Of a DNA stretch of 64,000 nucleotides, positions 1-5,783 are shown piece by piece. The notes beneath the pieces were generated by a model. That model was not told the DNA's origin. It saw only the letters and a list, made by a program, of their open reading frames with translations, and ran no database searches. The position numbers and the translations under genes are program-made. Positions within the stretch are counted from its first letter, which is position 1. Every line of letters begins with the position of its first letter. This stretch comes from a virus, in IMG/VR virus record IMGVR_UViG_3300047557_003310, positions 1 to 64,000 of that record. One strand, written 5' to 3'.

Positions 1-22
1 CTTTACATGAAATAATAAACAT

Positions 23-43
23 AAGGATCGAAAGATCCTTTTT
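23..43 (+). terminator. Intrinsic terminator
   Basis: AAGGATC-GAAA-GATCCTT hairpin followed by a T run; near-copy with shared flanks at 1099-1121. Confidence 0.75.
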
Positions 44-67
44 ATTGTTTATACTTTATTATTTTGT

Positions 68-115
68 GACAGGGTTAGCGTGGCTCACTGATCGTCATAG
101 AGCTTCTTGCTCTCC
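68..115 (-). repeat. Conserved 48-bp element, copy 1 (candidate small RNA core)
   Basis: GACAGGGTTAGCGTGGCTCACTGATCGTCATAGAGCTTCTTGCTCTCC; leftward -10 TATAGT at 137-132. Confidence 0.9.
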
Positions 116-166
116 CCTTGTTGTTGATACAACTATAGGGCATCCAGGGTCTCATGGGGTGATGAG

Positions 167-188
167 TGGACAGTTGTTTAACTGGCTG
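167..188. promoter_or_regulatory. 22-bp early-promoter palindrome, copy 1
   Basis: TGGACAGTT-GTTT-AACTGGCTG between divergent -10-like boxes. Confidence 0.7.
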
Positions 189-251
189 ACATGTGGTTTT
201 TCTGAGTGATTTTGGTTTAATATGAACAAGTCGGAAATCCGTTTTCTTCTC

Positions 252-617
252 ATGACTGAACAGTATCATGGTCTCGGTGGTATCGAACTGATCGGAACTG
301 ATACCTTTAGGTATAAGGATCAAACGGCATTTCGTTATTGTTTCCAAACCTGGAAAGTCTTTAACATTGAGGAGAATGTGATTGATACTGATCGATTCTA
401 TGTGTGGGCTGATGCAGTAGATACAGCCTACAAGATTGCAGTGGAACATGTTTATCGTCCACTGAATGCACCTTATCATGAGGCAGTAGATTCAGGTGAA
501 GGTGGTGGTCGTTATGAAGTGAATCTCAATGAACAACATCGTGAAGTAGAGGTTGAAACTGATGAACAGTGGCACACTCTAATGTACGGTCATCGTGATG
601 ATTTTTACCTAGGTTAA
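252..617 (+). CDS. Hypothetical early protein (acidic, ~121 aa)
   Basis: ORF 222..617; ATG 252 preferred because ATG 222 overlaps the -10 box; followed by a hairpin terminator. Confidence 0.7.
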   Translation: MTEQYHGLGGIELIGTDTFRYKDQTAFRYCFQTWKVFNIEENVIDTDRFYVWADAVDTAYKIAVEHVYRPLNAPYHEAVDSGEGGGRYEVNLNEQHREVEVETDEQWHTLMYGHRDDFYLG

Positions 618-626
618 TAGTATTGC

Positions 627-666
627 TGGGAGTCTGACAGTATCACAGGCTCCCACAAGATTTTTA
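627..666 (+). terminator. Hairpin terminator
   Basis: TGGGAGTCTG...CAGGCTCCCA followed by a T-rich tract. Confidence 0.6.
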
Positions 667-713
667 TATTTTTTTCGTATTTTTTCGTTTTAATTTAGTA
701 TTTCGTATTTTTT

Positions 714-761
714 GGCAGGGTGATTGTGGCTTACTGATCGTCATCGAGCTTCTTGCTCTCC
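714..761 (-). repeat. Conserved 48-bp element, copy 2
   Basis: GGCAGGGTGATTGTGGCTTACTGATCGTCATCGAGCTTCTTGCTCTCC; leftward extended -10 TGG-TAGACT at 786-778. Confidence 0.9.
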
Positions 762-824
762 CTTGGTTGTTGAATACAGTCTACCATGCCATGAGACGCA
801 CAGACCACCTGATGACCATAAGGT

Positions 825-882
825 GTGCCACTTTTTTTCTGGCACAAGACGCTTGACCAGTTCCACAGGGGGATGAGAGACT
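825..882 (+). promoter_or_regulatory. Palindrome plus sigma70-like promoter
   Basis: GTGCCACTT-N3-TTCTGGCAC (825-845), TTGACC (853-858), GAGACT (877-882). Confidence 0.65.
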
Positions 883-907
883 ATAGAAGTCGAAAGGGAT
901 TCCACCC

Positions 908-1075
908 ATGGCAGTCGATTCGCTCTCCAAGACCATCTACCGTCAGCTGTTCACTGAAGAGCAATGGCTGATGATCTACATGATGATCGAAAATGCCTAC
1001 GATGATGATGTGTGGAGTCATGGCGATGCTGATGTCATTCGCAGAAAGATTCGCCTCTTATGTGATTTCATTTGA
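908..1075 (+). CDS. Small hypothetical early protein (55 aa)
   Basis: Translated by hand: MAVDSLSKTIYRQLFTEEQWLMIY...LCDFI*; lies between promoter and terminator, below the ORF-track cutoff. Confidence 0.75.
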   Translation: MAVDSLSKTIYRQLFTEEQWLMIYMMIENAYDDDVWSHGDADVIRRKIRLLCDFI

Positions 1076-1098
1076 TAATTATTAATAATAATTATCAT

Positions 1099-1121
1099 AA
1101 GGATCTTATGATCCTTTTTTT
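1099..1121 (+). terminator. Intrinsic terminator
   Basis: AAGGATC-TTAT-GATCCTT plus T run. Confidence 0.75.
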
Positions 1122-1145
1122 ATTCTTTATACTTAACTATTTCAT

Positions 1146-1193
1146 GGCAGGGTTAGCGTGGCTTACTTATCGTCAACGAGCTTCGTGCTCTCC
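1146..1193 (-). repeat. Conserved 48-bp element, copy 3
   Basis: GGCAGGGTTAGCGTGGCTTACTTATCGTCAACGAGCTTCGTGCTCTCC; leftward TGC-TAGACT at 1220-1212. Confidence 0.9.
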
Positions 1194-1256
1194 TCTTCTC
1201 TTGTTGCTAACAGTCTAGCAGGTCGTGGGGTCGTTTCAACCGATTCTGGTCAAATT

Positions 1257-1315
1257 GGGACAGTTCGACCACTGGCACAAGCTGGTTGGATCTGGTCGGC
1301 ATCTGGACCCATACT
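1257..1315 (+). promoter_or_regulatory. Palindrome plus sigma70-like promoter
   Basis: GGGACAGTT-CGAC-CACTGGCAC (1257-1278), TTGGAT (1286-1291), CATACT (1310-1315). Confidence 0.65.
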
Positions 1316-1340
1316 AGGTGAGTCCCAAGCAATCCGAGCC

Positions 1341-1820
1341 ATGCTCACCGGATCCGAACTCATCTCCAAGGTCACCGAGCTGCAGCAGCAGAACGCCACA
1401 CGTACTGACATTGTGCTTGGCTGCGGCTATGTCAAGCCTGACGGCAAGGCTGCCTATGTGGCCTTCTACGAAGCTCTGATCGAGGCTAAGACGCCACAAT
1501 GGCAAAAGCAAAAGGAAGAGATCGAGACAGAGATCGAGTTCGATGATGAGGAGCAAGAGGAGCAATTCCTGGAGCTTTGTGTCAATTATCCCCAGAAAGC
1601 TCTGGAGATTTACTATGAAAACATCGGCAACTTCGATGAGTTCGAAGAAGCTTACCAAGGAGAATACGATAGCGAGGCGCACTTTACTGAGGAAATTATC
1701 GCTGACATCTCTGAGCGTCAACTTCCCAGCTGGATTGTTGTAGATTATCAGGCAACATGGGATAGTTCAATGCGCTTTGATTACTGGGAGGAGGATAACT
1801 ACTTCTTCCAGAACATGTGA
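1341..1820 (+). CDS. Fusion of a cyanobacterial AbrB-like N-terminal domain and an ArdA-like antirestriction (DNA-mimic) domain
   Basis: N-term MLTGSELISKV...CGYV..DGK...AFYEALIEAK resembles the cyAbrB N-terminus; very acidic C-term FEEAYQGEYDSEAHF...LPSWIVVDYQA...DYWEEDNYFF resembles ArdA; ATG 1341 chosen downstream of the promoter. Confidence 0.65.
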   Translation: MLTGSELISKVTELQQQNATRTDIVLGCGYVKPDGKAAYVAFYEALIEAKTPQWQKQKEEIETEIEFDDEEQEEQFLELCVNYPQKALEIYYENIGNFDEFEEAYQGEYDSEAHFTEEIIADISERQLPSWIVVDYQATWDSSMRFDYWEEDNYFFQNM

Positions 1821-1827
1821 TAGATTT

Positions 1828-1854
1828 AGAGGGGAATCTTTCCCCTCTTTTTTT
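1828..1854 (+). terminator. Intrinsic terminator
   Basis: AGAGGGGAA-TCT-TTCCCCTCT plus T run. Confidence 0.85.
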
Positions 1855-1878
1855 ATACTTTTCTTTTTTATATTTCAT

Positions 1879-1926
1879 GGCAGGGTGACTGTGGCTTACT
1901 TTTCGTCATCGGCCTTCTTAGCCTCG
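1879..1926 (-). repeat. Conserved 48-bp element, copy 4
   Basis: GGCAGGGTGACTGTGGCTTACTTTTCGTCATCGGCCTTCTTAGCCTCG; leftward TGC-TAGAAT at 1951-1943. Confidence 0.9.
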
Positions 1927-1977
1927 GTTCGCTTGTGAGTTAATTCTAGCAGGCAGCCTCCCCAGCTATGGCCGCGG

Positions 1978-2037
1978 CAACCAGTTCGATCACTGGCACA
2001 AGGCGGCTAGACCGCTGGTTTTGGTGGCTGGTATCTT
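1978..2037 (+). promoter_or_regulatory. Palindrome plus sigma70-like promoter
   Basis: CAACCAGTT-CGAT-CACTGGCAC (1978-1999), TAGACC (2008-2013), TGG-TATCTT (2029-2037). Confidence 0.65.
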
Positions 2038-2062
2038 TAAGGAGTCGAGGCAATCAAGCCCA

Positions 2063-2524
2063 ATGAACACCGACCTCCAGGCCATCACTGCTCAACTCGC
2101 CACTGTAGCAGCATCGCTGAACACTCTACAAGAGGCTTTGGCATTGCTCCAGGAGCAGCAGGCATCCATCCCCACCAACAACGCTCTGGCGCCTTTCTCG
2201 GCTTTCCTGATGGTGGAGCTGACGCCTTACTTCGGTGGCACAATGGCCAAGGCAATTGTTGATAGTCTGAACCGCTGCAATCAACGCGGAGACTATCGCT
2301 ACTTCATCCCAATGTATGAAATCGCAGCTGATGATCTGCAAAAGCGTCAACTGCTGAAACTCGTTTCTGCTATTCATCGTTACAAATTCGTCTACAGTAA
2401 GCAACACAATCACCCCCAAAAGTATAGCCTCAAGTCTGACATTAAATACGCAAAAGCTTGTTCCCATTGTGGTGCACTTGCTTCTGTTCTTTATGATCGT
2501 CTCGTGAAAGAAGGTCTGTTCTGA
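2063..2524 (+). CDS. Hypothetical early protein (N-terminal coiled coil, CxxC near C-terminus)
   Basis: ORF 2021..2524; ATG 2063 lies downstream of the promoter. Confidence 0.75.
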   Translation: MNTDLQAITAQLATVAASLNTLQEALALLQEQQASIPTNNALAPFSAFLMVELTPYFGGTMAKAIVDSLNRCNQRGDYRYFIPMYEIAADDLQKRQLLKLVSAIHRYKFVYSKQHNHPQKYSLKSDIKYAKACSHCGALASVLYDRLVKEGLF

Positions 2525-2652
2525 TGAAGATCTTTGTCTTTGCACTGGTTGCTGTTACTTTCAGCAACACACTGGTTGCATCTTTCAAGGCAGCCAAAAC
2601 CTTAGATGCTAAGGTTGCAGATCTCACTTGTCAAGTTACCGAACGATGCTGA
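2524..2652 (+). CDS. Small hydrophobic protein (42 aa)
   Basis: TGATG-coupled to the upstream gene; MKIFVFALVAVTFSNTLVASF...ERC*. Confidence 0.6.
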   Translation: MKIFVFALVAVTFSNTLVASFKAAKTLDAKVADLTCQVTERC

Positions 2653-2702
2653 TCTTTCTTTCGATTGTTGTTCGCTTTCACTTTCACCATATAGGCTAAC
2701 CT

Positions 2703-2837
2703 ATGGAAATCATGCAAACTTATGACATCCACACCAAAGAATTGATGTGGGCATATAATGACGGAAAAACCATTTGGTATTTTCAGTCTCATGAAGTACA
2801 ACAGTTTCTTGATGTTCGCCACAGGATTCTTCGATGA
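2703..2837 (+). CDS. Small hypothetical protein (44 aa)
   Basis: MEIMQTYDIHTKELMWAYNDGKTIWYF...ILR*; ATGA overlap with the next ORF. Confidence 0.55.
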   Translation: MEIMQTYDIHTKELMWAYNDGKTIWYFQSHEVQQFLDVRHRILR

Positions 2838-2956
2838 TTGAACTACTCGCTGCTGCATTTATCATCGGTCAAGTAGAGATCGCTCCAGGTATTATCCGCA
2901 CAGAGTATCTCAATGAGGATCGTAAAGTTATCGTAGTGGAGGAAGATAGAGACTAG
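2834..2956 (+). CDS. Small hypothetical protein (40 aa)
   Basis: MIELLAAAFIIGQVEIAPGIIRTEYLNEDRKVIVVEEDRD*; followed by a terminator. Confidence 0.6.
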   Translation: MIELLAAAFIIGQVEIAPGIIRTEYLNEDRKVIVVEEDRD

Positions 2957-2981
2957 GTTTCACGGTGCAATAGGCTCACAC

Positions 2982-3009
2982 AGGGAGAGAGAAATCTCTC
3001 CCTTTTTTT
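2982..3009 (+). terminator. Intrinsic terminator
   Basis: AGGGAGAGA-GAAA-TCTCTCCCT plus T run. Confidence 0.85.
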
Positions 3010-3037
3010 ATATTTTTTTTCGTTTTTTCGTATTCTT

Positions 3038-3105
3038 GTGCCAGCTGGCGAACCGGTACAGGATCTCGTGAGATGCCTCCAGAAGCCCCCACAAGGCGCT
3101 ACAAT
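3038..3105 (+). promoter_or_regulatory. Palindrome plus -10 box (unit lacking the 48-bp element)
   Basis: GTGCCAGCT-GGCG-AACCGGTAC (3038-3059), TACAAT (3100-3105). Confidence 0.6.
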
Positions 3106-3130
3106 TACAGGGTCAACACAAAGACACCCC

Positions 3131-3349
3131 ATGGCCGCCATTATCCCCGATCCCTGCCGCAAGTGGGTCAAAGGCACTCCCTACCGTACCGTGTGCAATG
3201 AGGTCTCAAAGGATGGTACAGTGATCGGTATCGGCACTATTGAGATCTGGGACTACGCTCGCGCAGTCGGTGTGTGCTATGCTTCACCACTACCTAAGCG
3301 TAAAGAACCGGACATTGGTGATCTTTTTCTCGAAATGTTCGGTGCCTGA
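3131..3349 (+). CDS. Hypothetical early protein (72 aa)
   Basis: ORF 3038..3349; ATG 3131 lies downstream of the -10 box. Confidence 0.65.
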   Translation: MAAIIPDPCRKWVKGTPYRTVCNEVSKDGTVIGIGTIEIWDYARAVGVCYASPLPKRKEPDIGDLFLEMFGA

Positions 3350-3360
3350 TTGAGTCTTAT

Positions 3361-3388
3361 GGGGATGATACCTTATGATATCATCCTC
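3361..3388 (+). terminator. Hairpin, possible terminator
   Basis: GGGGATGATA...TATCATCCTC stem after the ORF; no adjacent T run. Confidence 0.45.
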
Positions 3389-3459
3389 ACATAAAAAACA
3401 AATTATAATTAAACAAATCTTATTATTCTTTTTTTATTCTTTATATCTTATTATTTTTT

Positions 3460-3507
3460 CGCAGGGTTAGCGTGGCTTACTTATCGTCAACGGCCTTCGT
3501 GGCCTCC
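3460..3507 (-). repeat. Conserved 48-bp element, copy 5
   Basis: CGCAGGGTTAGCGTGGCTTACTTATCGTCAACGGCCTTCGTGGCCTCC; leftward TAGAAT at 3528-3523. Confidence 0.9.
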
Positions 3508-3567
3508 TTTGCTTGTGAGATAATTCTACAGCATCGGGAGCCGATCCGCGAGACAATCCGCCAAATT

Positions 3568-3626
3568 AAGCCAGTTTGGCCACTGGCACAATGCGGCCAT
3601 GGCAGCTGGCGATCTGGGTTCAGAAT
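3568..3626 (+). promoter_or_regulatory. Palindrome plus -10 box
   Basis: AAGCCAGTT-TGGC-CACTGGCAC (3568-3589), CAGAAT (3621-3626). Confidence 0.6.
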
Positions 3627-3656
3627 GGCGGAGCAACCGCAACCAAGGGCGAAGCT

Positions 3657-3902
3657 GTGACCTACAACCCCACACGCGATGCCGCAACCGCCGAGCACTT
3701 CAGCCGCTGGGCTGCCGAGGCTAAAACTCTCGACGCCTATTCTCTCCAGTATGTAATTAAAGACTGCAGAGAGGCTGCAGAAGCTATGGCTGGCTGGAAT
3801 CCTGTCCGTGAGGGTTTCTACATCGATCAGATGCTAACCTATGCTGCAGAGCTTAACTTGCGCAACTCTAAGTTACCTTTCGGCTTGCGCCATCGCATCT
3901 GA
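3657..3902 (+). CDS. Hypothetical early protein (~81 aa)
   Basis: ORF 3576..3902; GTG 3657 is the first plausible start downstream of the promoter. Confidence 0.65.
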   Translation: MTYNPTRDAATAEHFSRWAAEAKTLDAYSLQYVIKDCREAAEAMAGWNPVREGFYIDQMLTYAAELNLRNSKLPFGLRHRI

Positions 3903-3966
3903 ATGTAGCTAACTCTCAGGGGGCAGAGTATAAAGTCCCCATGCAATCCCACCGCTATTCTTTATC

Positions 3967-4146
3967 ATGAGAATCCAAACTCCCTACAAATTCAGCAAAT
4001 TAGCTTACTTCGGACTTGACACAAAAGCTCGCGTGGGTGATGAGTATTTGGCAGCAGGAATCGGTAGGTTTTATGTCGGAATCTATCCGACATCTAGCGG
4101 CTTTGATCTATCCTGCGGCATCCTAGATCAAAACGGTTCACTGTAA
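3967..4146 (+). CDS. Small hypothetical protein (59 aa)
   Basis: MRIQTPYKFSKLAYFGLD...DQNGSL*; leader motif shared with ORFs at 4186 and 5324. Confidence 0.65.
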   Translation: MRIQTPYKFSKLAYFGLDTKARVGDEYLAAGIGRFYVGIYPTSSGFDLSCGILDQNGSL

Positions 4147-4185
4147 CTTTAAGCCTACATTCTCACCCCATCGCTTTAGATTCTC

Positions 4186-4347
4186 ATGACAATCCGCATC
4201 TCTTTCTTTGCACCTTACCCTCGCTTCAATGGCGAGAGAAGAACACAAGAATTCAAAACTATTTCAGAGGCTAGAAGTATGGTGAGCTTCTACAACTCTC
4301 TGGGGTTTTATGATGCAAAAGTCGAAACTTTTGCCGATAAAGTATAA
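4186..4347 (+). CDS. Small hypothetical protein (53 aa)
   Basis: MTIRISFFAPYPRFNGERRTQEFKTISEARSMVSFYNSLG...DKV*. Confidence 0.65.
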   Translation: MTIRISFFAPYPRFNGERRTQEFKTISEARSMVSFYNSLGFYDAKVETFADKV

Positions 4348-4412
4348 TTAAAGTTTTATGTCAGGGGCGGCTGGCCTGGCCCCCCTGGCATGGTAGGATT
4401 GGTGAAACCGGT

Positions 4413-4459
4413 AGAGGGTCCGAAGCCCAGCGACGAAAGTGAGCCACGCTTACCCTGCC
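4413..4459 (+). repeat. Conserved element, copy 6 (inverted, 47 bp)
   Basis: AGAGGGTCCGAAGCCCAGCGACGAAAGTGAGCCACGCTTACCCTGCC is the reverse complement of the consensus; preceded by TGG-TAGGAT (4391-4399). Confidence 0.9.
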
Positions 4460-4556
4460 ATGAAATAGTAGTGTGACGGATTGTTACGGTTTGGCGATTC
4501 GAGCCACGGTGCCGCCTTCCTAGGTCCTACATTGGCGGAGCCAATGCAATCGAGCC

Positions 4557-5258
4557 ATGCAAACCCTCACCGTCACCGCAACCAACCTTGGCAGCGTCAG
4601 CCGCGCCGATGACATTGCACGCGCCGCGCGTCACGCCGCATTGAGCGATCCTCGCGTGATGACCGTCACCGCTCGTGGGGAGGTTGTAACCTTTGAAAGC
4701 CGCCTGAGCGATGACGCTGCGCAGGATCTCCTGCAGTGGTGTTCTGGCCGCTTTGCAAAGTCGCTATGGCAGCAGTCTCACGAGCGTGGCCTGTCGCCAG
4801 CTCAGATGGCCTGGGCTCACAAGCTCTCCACTGATCTTCTGCAGGCAGAATCTGCGGAGGATGATAACAACGAGCCCCAGTTTGAGCGGCTCTTCAGTGT
4901 ATTTCAGGCTGCAAAGTCTCGCGGATTGAAGCGACTCACACTGCGTTTAAGCGGTGTAAATGTAAAGCCAAACCGTGACAATACGGCATTATGGGTCACT
5001 TCTCAGACTGAGACTGAGGAAGGTAATTATGGTCCTCAGCCAAAGTATCTCGGTAAAATTACACCTAACCGTTTAGATTCTCGCCTCTCTGATGATATCA
5101 AGGCGGTGCTTTTAGAGGCCGCCAGTGATCCTCTCACCGCCGCAGTTCGCTACGGTAAAGAGACTGGCAGCTGTTCATGTTGCGGTCGTGATCTAACCAA
5201 TCCCCAATCAATCGAGCTGGGAATCGGTCCTATCTGCCGTGAAAAGTTCGGCCTCTAG
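4557..5258 (+). CDS. DUF6011-type Zn-finger-like phage protein
   Basis: C-terminal CSCCGRDLTNPQSIELGIGPIC matches the CxxCGRxLT...S...GIGPxC signature. Confidence 0.7.
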   Translation: MQTLTVTATNLGSVSRADDIARAARHAALSDPRVMTVTARGEVVTFESRLSDDAAQDLLQWCSGRFAKSLWQQSHERGLSPAQMAWAHKLSTDLLQAESAEDDNNEPQFERLFSVFQAAKSRGLKRLTLRLSGVNVKPNRDNTALWVTSQTETEEGNYGPQPKYLGKITPNRLDSRLSDDIKAVLLEAASDPLTAAVRYGKETGSCSCCGRDLTNPQSIELGIGPICREKFGL

Positions 5259-5323
5259 GTATAACTAACCGACCTGGGCATGTCGTTAAACTGCCCCCAC
5301 AATCCCATCGCTATTTGATTCTC

Positions 5324-5650
5324 ATGATCAACAATCGCGGCACCATTGTTTACACTCCCAACAGTGCAGATCTGGTGAAAATTTACATCGAAGTGTGCGA
5401 GATTATCGTATGCTTTGCAGTCGCAATCGTGAAAGAATTGTTTACTCTAACTGTTCGCGCAGTTAGCTTCTGTGAGAAGTGGCAAGAATGGCGTGGTTTC
5501 TATCGCATTGGACCTGTAGAAGTCGGCTTTGATCTACAGCAACAGTGGGACGATTTAGAGGTAGTTTGGTTCACTTGGGATCTTAAAGAGGTTGGTTTCA
5601 GTATCTACTGGTGCCGTCAGGATGGCTGGCAGAAGGTAAGCTGGCACTAA
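5324..5650 (+). CDS. Hypothetical Trp-rich protein
   Basis: ORF 5315..5650; ATG 5324 follows the shared CCCATCGCT...TTCTCATG leader. Confidence 0.65.
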   Translation: MINNRGTIVYTPNSADLVKIYIEVCEIIVCFAVAIVKELFTLTVRAVSFCEKWQEWRGFYRIGPVEVGFDLQQQWDDLEVVWFTWDLKEVGFSIYWCRQDGWQKVSWH

Positions 5651-5724
5651 GATCTTATGGGGTGACAGTGTAATTAACTGTTACCCCACTAAGTATACCT
5701 AACTGTGGCGTATAATAGGTATAA

Positions 5725-5783
5725 AAGACAGTCGAAAAAGTGTCACAGGGACAGTTGACGGATCGTCCATGCCGTGGTAGGGT
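5725..5783 (+). promoter_or_regulatory. Palindrome plus sigma70-like promoter
   Basis: AAGACAGTC-GAAA-AAGTGTCAC (5725-5746), TTGACG (5755-5760), 17 bp, TAGGGT (5778-5783). Confidence 0.6.

Noticed and set aside
1158-1340. N-terminal extension MAYLSS... of ORF 1158..1820 and the similar ORF 3472..3660
   Set aside because: The shared peptide is just a translation of the repeat. Other copies have stops or lack the frame, and it spans the promoter.
68-4459. Repeats as a CRISPR array
   Set aside because: Spacing is irregular (about 430-1580 bp), the intervening DNA holds promoters and genes, copies diverge, one is inverted, and no cas genes are present.
68-4459. Element as a tRNA fragment or a hammerhead-type ribozyme
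   Set aside because: There is no cloverleaf or T-loop consensus and no conserved CUGANGA/GAAA core in either orientation.
4460-4468. ATG-AAA-TAG minigene at the element 3' end (also in copy 3)
   Set aside because: The ATG is absent from copies 1, 2 and 5, so it is not a conserved feature.
4471-4488. GTGAC...GTTAC as an NtcA or CRP site
   Set aside because: Spacing and sequence do not fit GTA-N8-TAC or TGTGA-N6-TCACA.
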